A stretch of DNA of 52,219 bases from Pseudobdellovibrionaceae bacterium (GCA_041987885.1 JBHIVS010000001.1:1-52219); one strand, 5' to 3'. Counted from the stretch's first letter, positions 36,716-45,089 are shown. Program-made: numbers and translations. The notes: a model not told the origin generated them from the sequence alone.

Positions 36716-39070
36716 GTGGGAATTGAGTTAGCATCTAGTTTTGATAGAAAAGCAGGGGTTCCATTAGATTCACTCTCCAGAGTCGCAAATATAGCAGCGA
36801 GAGATGCAATTCCAGCGCTAGTTCGATATGTCGGCATGGAAGTGACTGTTTTAGATGATGGAACGGGACTACAGAAAAAATACTGGCTGAAGTATGGGAT
36901 TGATAACGCTGATTGGTCTGACGACGTAGGTGGCGGAGGCTCTGGATCAGGTGTGATTCAAGCTGCTGACATTGCAGCTAGAGATGCTATCGCGACCGAT
37001 CAAAGACAAGAAGGATTGCTAGTTTATGTTTTTAGTGCAGGCACAGAGCCAAAGACTTTTCAATTAGTTGGAGGTATCTCAAATGCTCACTGGAAAGAAG
37101 TAGCTACTCAAGATTCAACTACTACTCTTAAGAACAAAGACATCGACGGCGGTACAGCTTCAAATACTAGCCGCTTAACTACCCCAAGATCTGCAACTAT
37201 TGAGGCAGCGGCGGCACTGGTTAGAAAAAAAGCAACTCTGCTTTATAACGATTTTACAAATAAATTTCTTAAAGACAATGGCACTGATTTAAAATCAATC
37301 CCTGACTTCGGAGACGTAAATATCTTTGCGCAAGAAATTGCCGCTGACAATGTGATCGGTTCATGGACTCAAAATTTAAGCGGTATTACCGCAACTTTCA
37401 CAAAGGGAACTGATTCAAGACTTGGAACTTGTTATAAATTAGACATTACGTCCGCAGCAAGTGGCACAGGTGGCACTTACACAGTTCGAAAAGACTTCTC
37501 TGTTCCAGAGGATGCTAGAGGATCTTATGTTGAACTTTCTTATGATTATGTCTCGACAGTTACCAAAACTGGAACTTGCATTATTCTTTATGATGTAACG
37601 AACTCAGTTGTAATTGTTCCTCAGACAGATATTCAAGCACAACCTGACCCAACGTCTTTGGTGACTAAGGGTTTTATTACTTTCTCTATTCCTTCAACTT
37701 GTGCAACTCTAAGAGTGTTCATTGGAAGAGCGGTAGATGCGAGTGCCATTGCAATCTCTAATCAGTATTTTTATTTTAATAATTTACAGCTTAAGAAAAC
37801 ATTTCAAAATATTGGTTCACCTAGTACAGCGGTAGTAAATACAGGAGTAACTACATGGGCGGCAGCGACTACAGCTCCCACTAAAGGAACAACAGTAAAA
37901 GATAAAGTGTTAATGTGGCGAGAAGGGCAGTTTGCTTGTGGTATCGTAGAGTATCAACAAAGTGCTGCTGGAAGTGCTGGCTCTGGATTATATTACCTAG
38001 ATATTGCTTCCAACTTAGCTGTTATTGGTGCAAGTGAGATTGACACTAATTTGATTTCTACAAGCACACCTAGTGGAACTTTTGACGGTGGAACGTCTGT
38101 AGGGTTCGCATCATGGACTAGAAGTGCAGCTCTTAATGCTAAAGGTAACGTCGCAGTTTTTTCGGCAACTAGATTATCTTTCCACTATGTAGCTGGGAAT
38201 GTTGATGGTACAGCAGGGACAGGACCTTTAAGTAACAGCACAACTTTTTTTGGCTACGCAACAGGCACTTTTTCGTGCTTCTTCAAAGTTCCAATTAAAG
38301 GTTGGTCATCTACTGCAAGATACGCTGACTATACTTTGAATCAGGATGTTAGTTTTGTTGGATTTAGAGCAGCCTCTACAGCAGCATCGCCAACTGTCAA
38401 TGTGAAAGTAGATTCAGTTAAAGATACCGTCGGGGCTTGGGATGCTGTGAATGGAGAGTATGAGGTTAAGAGTGCTGGCGATACGGATATTGAAATGACT
38501 GCTCAGACATCGACTTCTGGTGGAGCTTTTGTTTATAAAAATGGAACAAATACGGGGTACTTCATTGGAGCGTCTTGGGGAGCTAACGGTGTCATAAGCG
38601 GGAGTGTAACAATTCCTAATTGTATTGTCGGAGATAAACTAAGCATAAGACTAAACGCATCTTTCAATCTAACAAACACATATCTATCCTTCTCTAAAAG
38701 AGCAACCTCCCAACAACTATTCACTCCTATTGCTCAAAGATATGTTGTTAAAACTTATCAATCAGGAACTTCTTGGTATGAGGTTTACAATGATGGATGG
38801 GTGAAGCAGGGTGATTATATTAACACTGGCACCGATTCATCTAGAGCAACAACTTTGGTTATTCCGATGAAAGATGCGAACTACGAGCCAAGGACAACAA
38901 TAATCACGACATCAAACTCATCACCTACATGGGAAAAAGTTGGATTCAGTGCAATTTCATCAACACAAGTAACTCTATGGGCAGGTTCGGTGCTTACTAA
39001 AAAATGGTCAGTCGAAGGCTACGGAAACTCAGCCGCAGTAAAAGCTTTAGGTTCTAATCCAAATTATTAG
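36716..39070 (+). CDS. Tail fibre / receptor-binding protein
   Basis: Two IAARDAI...R..G..V.V repeats; T/S/G-rich beta modules; C-terminal WYEVYNDGWVKQG...W.VEGY (gp53-like). Confidence 0.75.
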   Translation: MGIELASSFDRKAGVPLDSLSRVANIAARDAIPALVRYVGMEVTVLDDGTGLQKKYWLKYGIDNADWSDDVGGGGSGSGVIQAADIAARDAIATDQRQEGLLVYVFSAGTEPKTFQLVGGISNAHWKEVATQDSTTTLKNKDIDGGTASNTSRLTTPRSATIEAAAALVRKKATLLYNDFTNKFLKDNGTDLKSIPDFGDVNIFAQEIAADNVIGSWTQNLSGITATFTKGTDSRLGTCYKLDITSAASGTGGTYTVRKDFSVPEDARGSYVELSYDYVSTVTKTGTCIILYDVTNSVVIVPQTDIQAQPDPTSLVTKGFITFSIPSTCATLRVFIGRAVDASAIAISNQYFYFNNLQLKKTFQNIGSPSTAVVNTGVTTWAAATTAPTKGTTVKDKVLMWREGQFACGIVEYQQSAAGSAGSGLYYLDIASNLAVIGASEIDTNLISTSTPSGTFDGGTSVGFASWTRSAALNAKGNVAVFSATRLSFHYVAGNVDGTAGTGPLSNSTTFFGYATGTFSCFFKVPIKGWSSTARYADYTLNQDVSFVGFRAASTAASPTVNVKVDSVKDTVGAWDAVNGEYEVKSAGDTDIEMTAQTSTSGGAFVYKNGTNTGYFIGASWGANGVISGSVTIPNCIVGDKLSIRLNASFNLTNTYLSFSKRATSQQLFTPIAQRYVVKTYQSGTSWYEVYNDGWVKQGDYINTGTDSSRATTLVIPMKDANYEPRTTIITTSNSSPTWEKVGFSAISSTQVTLWAGSVLTKKWSVEGYGNSAAVKALGSNPNY

Positions 39071-39072
39071 GA

Positions 39073-39444
39073 ATGATTATGGAAATAACTATATTAAATC
39101 AACTCGGTATTCACTTAGCAGAAATCATAAGGACACTCTTCATCATGGGTGTTCTTTGTATTCTTTTTGTTCGATATGCTTGGCCGCATCTAATGAAATT
39201 TTTTAGAAACATTTCTGATCTAAAAGATACTGTTAAAGATTTGCAGAAGTCTGTAGATGCAACAAATGGTCAAGCTAAGGAAGCTAAAGACGCTATCGTT
39301 AAAATGCAAAAATCAGTAGATACTTTAAGCCATACACTTCAAGAGCACATGGTTCAAACGGACGTGAGAATGCAACAGGGTGAAGACAGATTTTCTCAGC
39401 TAGATAAAAGATTAAGTATTTTAGAATCTAAAACAAACCATTAG
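39073..39444 (+). CDS. Holin-like membrane protein (1 TM plus coiled coil)
   Basis: Hydrophobic TLFIMGVLCILFV; RFSQLDKRLSILE C-terminus; follows tail fibre. Confidence 0.45.
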   Translation: MIMEITILNQLGIHLAEIIRTLFIMGVLCILFVRYAWPHLMKFFRNISDLKDTVKDLQKSVDATNGQAKEAKDAIVKMQKSVDTLSHTLQEHMVQTDVRMQQGEDRFSQLDKRLSILESKTNH

Positions 39445-39455
39445 GAGGGTTTAAT

Positions 39456-39668
39456 ATGGAAAAAGAAATCTCAAAAGGTGTGATCGCAAAATTAGAAAAC
39501 GGTGTCGTGTCTGTTGAAGCAGATTTGAAAGTATTGGCGTTGCCAGTAATTGAAGACATTCAAAAAAAGATTGAATCAGGTGAAATTGATTTAATCAAAG
39601 GCACTGACTTAGATGCAACGGTAGCAAACAAAGTTCTTGAGCAATTGAAAAAAGTTTTAGCGGCATAG
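39456..39668 (+). CDS. Phage hypothetical protein
   Basis: SD AGGAGG; IDLIKGTDLD. Confidence 0.65.
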   Translation: MEKEISKGVIAKLENGVVSVEADLKVLALPVIEDIQKKIESGEIDLIKGTDLDATVANKVLEQLKKVLAA

Positions 39669-39750
39669 GGTCGCTAGGGGGGCGGGTGGGTCTTACTTTT
39701 TGACTAACGGTAGGTGATTCTGCCCACTCGCCTTTGTTTTAGGAGTTAAT

Positions 39751-39978
39751 ATGTTTAATAAATTTTTGACGATGTTGCTTAGTGCTTTTCTTGGCGCAAT
39801 CGCCGACGAGTTAAAAAAGATAAAAAAAGAAAACGACGATTTAAAAGCTCGAAACAAAGCACTCACTCAAGAGCTCGCAGACAACAAAGCTCGCGCTGAT
39901 AAGTATGAGAAAATCGTCAAAGATCAAAACGCAGGCCGCGATGATCGCAGGAGGGCTGAGGATGAGCTCATGGGATAA
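39751..39978 (+). CDS. Putative i-spanin (Rz-like)
   Basis: N-terminal hydrophobic helix plus coiled coil; SD AGGAG; overlaps a lipoprotein gene. Confidence 0.45.
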   Translation: MFNKFLTMLLSAFLGAIADELKKIKKENDDLKARNKALTQELADNKARADKYEKIVKDQNAGRDDRRRAEDELMG

Positions 39979-40279
39979 ACACAAAATCAACTTTGCAATT
40001 ATCATTTATATTTTTGCAGCTCTAATTTTTTCTGTTTTCGCGTTAGGATGCAAAAGCACCGAAGAAGTTTTAAGAGATGCACCTATTGAGTACATCTATG
40101 TCTTAGACATCAGACATGGAGTTTGCTCGCAGTTTAAAGTCATTAACAAGCGCACTCTGCAAGCAAAGCGAGTGGCGGAGTATGATATTCCCGTTTGTGA
40201 TGGCTTTGTTGGATTGACTGCGCAGGATTTTTTGAATTTGAAAACGTATATTAAGAAGCTCGAAAACTCAGGTAAATAA
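39962..40279 (+). CDS. Putative o-spanin-like lipoprotein
   Basis: MSSWDKHK-hydrophobic-FALG/C lipobox; two further Cys (track start 39905). Confidence 0.5.
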   Translation: MSSWDKHKINFAIIIYIFAALIFSVFALGCKSTEEVLRDAPIEYIYVLDIRHGVCSQFKVINKRTLQAKRVAEYDIPVCDGFVGLTAQDFLNLKTYIKKLENSGK

Positions 40280-40448
40280 ATAAAACTCTATTTTTTCTCT
40301 CAAGTTTGGACGCGACTATCCCGATTAGAGATAACTGGACTTTCGTGGGGGAAAATTGGAATCAAATAAGCTTAGTCATCTAAAGATGATGATCCTTGTT
40401 GCATTAGTGGAAGTTGAAAAGCTTGAGTCAGATGCCCTATTAAAGCAG

Positions 40449-40478
40449 AAAAAGAAAAAGCCCCGCAAGTGCAGGGCG
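40449..40478 (-). terminator. Terminator downstream of NYN gene
   Basis: Minus strand GCCCTGC-ACTT-GCGGGGC-TTTTTCTTTTT. Confidence 0.7.
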
Positions 40479-40508
40479 CATTTGAAATTAATTAAGGGTG
40501 GGGGTTAG

Positions 40509-41114
40509 TTATTTTGAAAACTTTTTTTCAAGCAGTTTCATCGATGTTGACGAAGGAGATACGGGAATTGGTTTGAATTGTGATAGTATTTTTTTAGACA
40601 TGGTTAGCGGGATTGCATTTACTTTTTTAAATTCATCCGATAAATGCTTCATATCGTAATTCAAGCAAACGAGTATTTTTTTGGAAAACATTTTACAGAC
40701 AGACTCAATCGCGGGTAATAAGTCAGTGTCTGATGAAAAAATATAAGCTTGATCATAATTGTTGTAAAAAGCATCTATAATTAAATCTGTAGCAATTCTA
40801 ACATCAACGCCTTTTTCGACTGGGTATTTTTCTCCTTTAAACTGTCCGTAGAAAACTTTTATCCCTAAAACATCTTCGACATGGCGATAGAAAGCGTCGT
40901 CCCTGTGGTGTTTTGCTTGGTCTATTTCAGCAGGAAACCTCGCTCCATACATTTTGTATAGAATGTTCTTATTGTATTTCCCATTGTCGGTGATGAAGAG
41001 ATCGGCGAGTTTTTTGTAGTCATAACCTAAAGCATCGAAACCTAGGCCTTCTAGGGTGTGAATCATATTTCTACTGTCGAAATAAGCGATCGCCTTAAGA
41101 ATAATTGACCTCAA
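40509..41114 (-). CDS. NYN domain (LabA/DUF88, PIN-like) ribonuclease
   Basis: AYFDSRN, EKGVDVRIATDL, YD.A.IFSSDTDLLPA acidic catalytic motifs; start uncertain (TTG 41114 or ATT 41102). Confidence 0.9.
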   Translation of the reverse strand: MRSIILKAIAYFDSRNMIHTLEGLGFDALGYDYKKLADLFITDNGKYNKNILYKMYGARFPAEIDQAKHHRDDAFYRHVEDVLGIKVFYGQFKGEKYPVEKGVDVRIATDLIIDAFYNNYDQAYIFSSDTDLLPAIESVCKMFSKKILVCLNYDMKHLSDEFKKVNAIPLTMSKKILSQFKPIPVSPSSTSMKLLEKKFSK

Positions 41115-41183
41115 AAAAAAGTAAAGGGATATGACCTTTCGACCATATCCCCACCCTTTCAGCTATTAACATCAGGGCATGCA
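41113..41183 (-). ncRNA. Putative ~70-nt RNA ending in an intrinsic terminator upstream of NYN
   Basis: -10 TATACT at 41194-41189; TGCCCT/AGGGTG stem; GGGATATGGTC-GAAA-GGTCATATCCC plus TTTACTTTTTTTT. Confidence 0.5.
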
Positions 41184-41416
41184 CTGATAGTATATCGGAC
41201 AATCGCAGCAACAAATCAACTTTTTTCATTATTCCATTATTTAGGCTAGGCTGAATCCCCTCAGGCGCGAATATAAAGGGTTTTAAGGTCGACAAAAAGT
41301 GTCAAATGCCTGAAAAAAGTGCAAATAAACTGTATCAACTTGAGCCGCCTAAGCTGCAAAAGTGCATGCTGATGGCGCCGGTACCGTCGATACTGACAGC
41401 GCCGCAGCAGCAGCAA

Positions 41417-41962
41417 TTACCTAAACAACCAAGATAGCCATTTTTTGAATAGAAAGAGCGCAACAGAAAAGCCAAACAAGAAAGTCGCAATGAATAGCGG
41501 TATTGAATACTTCGGGTTATTGTCGGTTATAACTCTGCTCGATGAAATCTTTTTAACTGGTTTCTCTTCAGAATTATGCAGATTTTCTATCGATATATTT
41601 GAAATTCTACATTTTTCAAGAAGCTCTCTCTCAAGATGTGCTGGCCCTTTTAGGTATCCAGACTCACTAAAAATTAAGGTAGAATTTTTATTTTCTAAAT
41701 ACTTATCTGGATCGAATGTTTCCTTCCAAGTAGAGGGTTGATCAATGGGGTAAAGATCCCAATTAAATTCTCCAATTTGAATCTTTACATCTTTGAAGTT
41801 TTCATCAAAACAATTTTGAGCTTCTTTTATTACGTATTTATCGTAGGCCGTGATTGGCAGTCCGATAACTATAAATCCGATTCCAATTGTTACGATGAGA
41901 CATTGAACTGATAAATAAAGCTTATACCCAACTGATTTAAATTTAGACTTCATGGGATACAA
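41417..41962 (-). CDS. Two-TM inner-membrane lysogeny protein, candidate superinfection exclusion factor
   Basis: N- and C-terminal TM helices around a ~110-aa loop containing FDPDKYL; directly downstream of repressor. Confidence 0.6.
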   Translation of the reverse strand: MYPMKSKFKSVGYKLYLSVQCLIVTIGIGFIVIGLPITAYDKYVIKEAQNCFDENFKDVKIQIGEFNWDLYPIDQPSTWKETFDPDKYLENKNSTLIFSESGYLKGPAHLERELLEKCRISNISIENLHNSEEKPVKKISSSRVITDNNPKYSIPLFIATFLFGFSVALFLFKKWLSWLFR

Positions 41963-41977
41963 ATCGGTTAATCGATA

Positions 41978-42361
41978 CTAATCCTTAACCTGTTTTCTAT
42001 TTTCTTTTTTCAAACTCAATAAATTTTGTGCTGATAACTTAATCATCTCAAGTTGAGACGAGTCTAGGCTATTTAAAAGAGACTGAATCTCTAGGATTAG
42101 GGAGGCGCGGTCGGTTCGAGGCTCATTGTGGGCAGAAATGGAAGAGCTATCAACAGCCCCTAATAAGTGATTAGGCGTAATTTTTAGGGTTTCACAAATC
42201 AAATTTAGCAATTCAACAGAAGGCTCGCGCTCATCTCTCATTAATTGATTGAGGTATGAAAGGCTTACTCCGAGCGCATCTGCGGCCTCTTTGTAAGTTT
42301 TATATCCTTGTTTTTTGATCTCAGATCTTAAGCGCGATCCGAAAACCTTAGTATTTTCCAT
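41978..42361 (-). CDS. Phage repressor (XRE/HTH_3), no S24 peptidase domain
   Basis: FGSRLR, TYKEAADALGVSLSYLNQLMRDEREPS..LL..IC..L.ITPNHLLG. Confidence 0.88.
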   Translation of the reverse strand: MENTKVFGSRLRSEIKKQGYKTYKEAADALGVSLSYLNQLMRDEREPSVELLNLICETLKITPNHLLGAVDSSSISAHNEPRTDRASLILEIQSLLNSLDSSQLEMIKLSAQNLLSLKKENRKQVKD

Positions 42362-42373
42362 TAATTATAAGCC

Positions 42374-42446
42374 TATACGCATATAGCGTCATTTTCTATA
42401 AGCCATGTGCGTATATTTGTTGATAAGTATATGCAAATAGCGTATA
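42374..42446. promoter_or_regulatory. Three operators TATAnGC-N5-GCGTATA and rightward promoter
   Basis: 42374-42392, 42397-42415, 42428-42446; TTGATA(42420)-N17-TATATT(42443). Confidence 0.8.
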
Positions 42447-42465
42447 TTTGTATGCAGAGGTAATA

Positions 42466-42651
42466 ATGTTGGACGCAATTAAGAGACGTATTGAAGAGAG
42501 AGGACTGAAACATCGTTGGTTGGCTGACCAAATGGGTGTGCACCCGACAACATTGAGTCGGTTTTTGACTGGCAAAACTAATCTAAGCAATGCGGCTCTG
42601 AAGTCGCTACTTAGACAGTTGGATCTCGAAGCACTTATGAAGAGTGCTTAA
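42466..42651 (+). CDS. Cro-like HTH protein
   Basis: RGLKHRWLADQMGVHPTTLSRFLTGK; SD GAGGT; divergent from repressor. Confidence 0.85.
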   Translation: MLDAIKRRIEERGLKHRWLADQMGVHPTTLSRFLTGKTNLSNAALKSLLRQLDLEALMKSA

Positions 42652-42792
42652 TTCATAGAGCTTTCGAGTTGGCGCTCGAAGGTTCCATTGAGTTAGCGAT
42701 TTAACACACATTTCAAAAGTAATTCGTTACAACTTTTCAATTTGTAAAAGTTGCAGGCATTGCTTTGTCAAAAAGCTGAAGGGAGCTTTGAG

Positions 42793-43044
42793 ATGAAAAA
42801 AACGTATGAAGTCACTTCTGATGATATTGATTCTCTCGAAAATTTGACTGTTGTTTTCGACACCTACGACGGAAGAACGGCCCTCATTCAAGAGATATAC
42901 CTTTACTGCGACATGATGAGCGATTGGATCGACGTAACGATGCTAATGCTTCCAAAAGAAAAATTCATGGAGCGACTTATAGATGTTCTTGAGGATCATT
43001 TATTGAATCTCGCTTTTGAAAAACTTAATGAGGAGGCGGTGTAA
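42793..43044 (+). CDS. Phage hypothetical acidic protein
   Basis: SD GGGAG before ATG 42793 (track start 42751). Confidence 0.6.
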   Translation: MKKTYEVTSDDIDSLENLTVVFDTYDGRTALIQEIYLYCDMMSDWIDVTMLMLPKEKFMERLIDVLEDHLLNLAFEKLNEEAV

Positions 43045-43994
43045 TGAGTAGCCTAGTTAAAATTCAAAACACAGAAGCTCTTATAAAAAAGCAAGCAAAG
43101 AATTTTGCCGATCTAGCGTCTACTCATAAAGCTGTAAACTTTAATCAAGAGGCGCACTTTGCTATGCAGGCGATTAAGGCAAATTCTTTTTTAGCTGACA
43201 CGGCCTACAACAATCCCGACTCACTTATCAACGCAGTTTCAAATGTCGCGAGCGTTGGTTTATCTCTAAATCCAGCGCTCAAGCACGCCTACTTAGTGCC
43301 GCGAGATAAAAAAGTTTGCTTGGACTTTGGTTATAAAGGTCTTGTGCATCTGGCGATTGATTCGGGTGCGGTGGTCTTTGTTCAAGCTGAAATCGTCTAT
43401 CAAAAAGATAATTTTATCCTAAAAGGCAGAGGGCAAGAGCCAATCCATGAGCGCAATCCATTTGCAAAGGATAGAGGCGAAATCGTCGGCGCGTACTGTG
43501 TGGCAAAACTAGCAAGCGGTGATTTTCTAGTTGAGACTATGAGTTTAGAAGAAATTTGCGCGATCAGAGACAAAACTCAAGCTTACAAGGCTTTCAAAGA
43601 GGGCAAAGTTAAGTCAGCAATCTGGGCCACTGACTTTGCTGAGATGGCAAAGAAAACAATTATCAGACGAGCCTCAAAGTCTTGGCCGATGTCAAATGCT
43701 AGTCGTGTCGAGCTTGCAACTAAGATTCAAGACGAGGGCGAAATGGCAATCGATGTTACTCCGATTGTTGATAGCGAAGTGCAAGAGACTGTAGAGCTTT
43801 CAAAGATTGATGAAATCAGGGAGCTAGTCATTGCACTTAATAAAGACGAAGCAAAGCTAGTCACTCATTGTGCCACTAAGTTTAGACGCAAAATCGAGTC
43901 ACTAGATGAGTTGACACTAGTTGAGCAAGAGCAAGTTTTAATCATGCTTTACGATTTAGCTAAAAAACAAGAGGTCGCAGATGCTAACGCTTAA
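43044..43994 (+). CDS. recT: RecT-family single-strand annealing protein
   Basis: GLSLNP..K.AYLVP, GYKGL..LA, GEIVGAY.VA, W.TDF.EMAKKT.IRR. Confidence 0.92.
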   Translation: MSSLVKIQNTEALIKKQAKNFADLASTHKAVNFNQEAHFAMQAIKANSFLADTAYNNPDSLINAVSNVASVGLSLNPALKHAYLVPRDKKVCLDFGYKGLVHLAIDSGAVVFVQAEIVYQKDNFILKGRGQEPIHERNPFAKDRGEIVGAYCVAKLASGDFLVETMSLEEICAIRDKTQAYKAFKEGKVKSAIWATDFAEMAKKTIIRRASKSWPMSNASRVELATKIQDEGEMAIDVTPIVDSEVQETVELSKIDEIRELVIALNKDEAKLVTHCATKFRRKIESLDELTLVEQEQVLIMLYDLAKKQEVADANA

Positions 43995-44685
43995 TGATTA
44001 CGCAAAACAGATTAAAACCTTCCAAGATAAATTCGGGAGCGATGTTATCTTAGGCGAGCAAGGATCAATCGCGTGGCTGCAATCGCGCTTAGGTGTGATT
44101 ACGGCGAGCGAGGTCTCTGCGGCAGTTGCTAAAGTAGGCACAGAGACTAGGAATAATTATTTGTGCAAACTCGTCTCAGAAGTCGCGGCGGGGACAATCG
44201 AAGAAATCAATTCTAAATATATGGACTGGGGTAAAACTCACGAGCCAGCCGCAAGATCAAGTTATGAGTTTGCTAAAGACTGTGTGGTCGAGCAAGTCGG
44301 TTTCATTTTCAAAGATGATACCTTCCGCGAGGGCGCAAGTCTTGATGGCTTTATTCAGGGGCAAGATAAGATTTTAGAGATCAAGGTTCCTTACAATACT
44401 GCCAATTACATTAAGTTTTTAATCCAAGACAAAATCAAAGCTGAATATCAGTGGCAATATCAATATCAAATGAGAGTGACTGGCGCAGAGATCGCAGACT
44501 TTGTTCAATATGATCCGCGCATGACTGTTAGTCCTTTTAAAGTTTTAACGGTTGAAAGAGATGCTGAATATCAGGCGAAGTTTGATGAGCTTATTCCTGC
44601 TTTCATTGATGACATGGATAAGATGCTCGAAAAAATAGGCTTAACTTTTGGCTCTCAATGGCTCCGATTAAAGGCAGGTGAGTAA
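43981..44685 (+). CDS. YqaJ/lambda-exonuclease family nuclease
   Basis: EQGS.AWL..R.G.ITAS, M.WG..HEP.AR, GASLDG, LEIKVP, QYQYQM, YDPR. Confidence 0.9.
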   Translation: MLTLNDYAKQIKTFQDKFGSDVILGEQGSIAWLQSRLGVITASEVSAAVAKVGTETRNNYLCKLVSEVAAGTIEEINSKYMDWGKTHEPAARSSYEFAKDCVVEQVGFIFKDDTFREGASLDGFIQGQDKILEIKVPYNTANYIKFLIQDKIKAEYQWQYQYQMRVTGAEIADFVQYDPRMTVSPFKVLTVERDAEYQAKFDELIPAFIDDMDKMLEKIGLTFGSQWLRLKAGE

Positions 44686-44855
44686 TGAGCATCTGGTCAA
44701 GTCCACTAATTAGAGCGATCGAGTGCGGCGCTGCCTGCAAAGAGTGTGGCGAAATTATTACCGACAATCCAGAGGGCGAAACAATAACTTGCGATGAGTG
44801 CAAAGGAGAAAATGAGAAAGAAAATAGAAAAAGTAACATGGCAACATCGTTTTGA
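44685..44855 (+). CDS. 56-aa Zn-finger protein
   Basis: TAATG coupling; CKECG...CDECK; below ORF track cutoff. Confidence 0.55.
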   Translation: MSIWSSPLIRAIECGAACKECGEIITDNPEGETITCDECKGENEKENRKSNMATSF

Positions 44856-45030
44856 TTTTTCAGCTATTTTAGAGTGCGAGCATTGTGGCCATAAGCAAGA
44901 ATTAAAATCGGGATATGACGATGAATATTATCATTCAAAAGTTTTGCCTTCGATAACTTGCGAAAGCTGCAAAAAAGATCGCCAAGGCAATATTACGAAT
45001 CAAAATTCTCAGGGCACCGTAAGTGTTTAA
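44812..45030 (+). CDS. Zn-ribbon phage protein
   Basis: DFSAILECEHCGH...GYDD.YYH..V.P...CESC; SD AAGGAG before 44812. Confidence 0.7.
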   Translation: MRKKIEKVTWQHRFDFSAILECEHCGHKQELKSGYDDEYYHSKVLPSITCESCKKDRQGNITNQNSQGTVSV

Positions 45031-45089
45031 TAAAATTTAAAAGAGGGTGAATAAATGCAAATCACACACAAACTAGAATGGATAGTATA

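Noticed and set aside
1989-38724. Numerous short antisense or nested ORFs in the track (e.g. 1989-2390, 5251-5544, 27619-27846, 34406-34804)
   Set aside because: Contained within well-supported genes on the other strand or frame, with no recognisable motifs
41095-41295. 66-aa minus-strand ORF upstream of NYN as a protein antitoxin
   Set aside because: TTG start without SD, and it runs through a promoter-like box and a terminator; a non-coding reading fits better, though translation is not excluded
35687-41416. Diversity-generating retroelement or invertible tail-fibre cassette
   Set aside because: No reverse transcriptase or invertase, and no TR/VR-like repeat of the fibre 3' end seen
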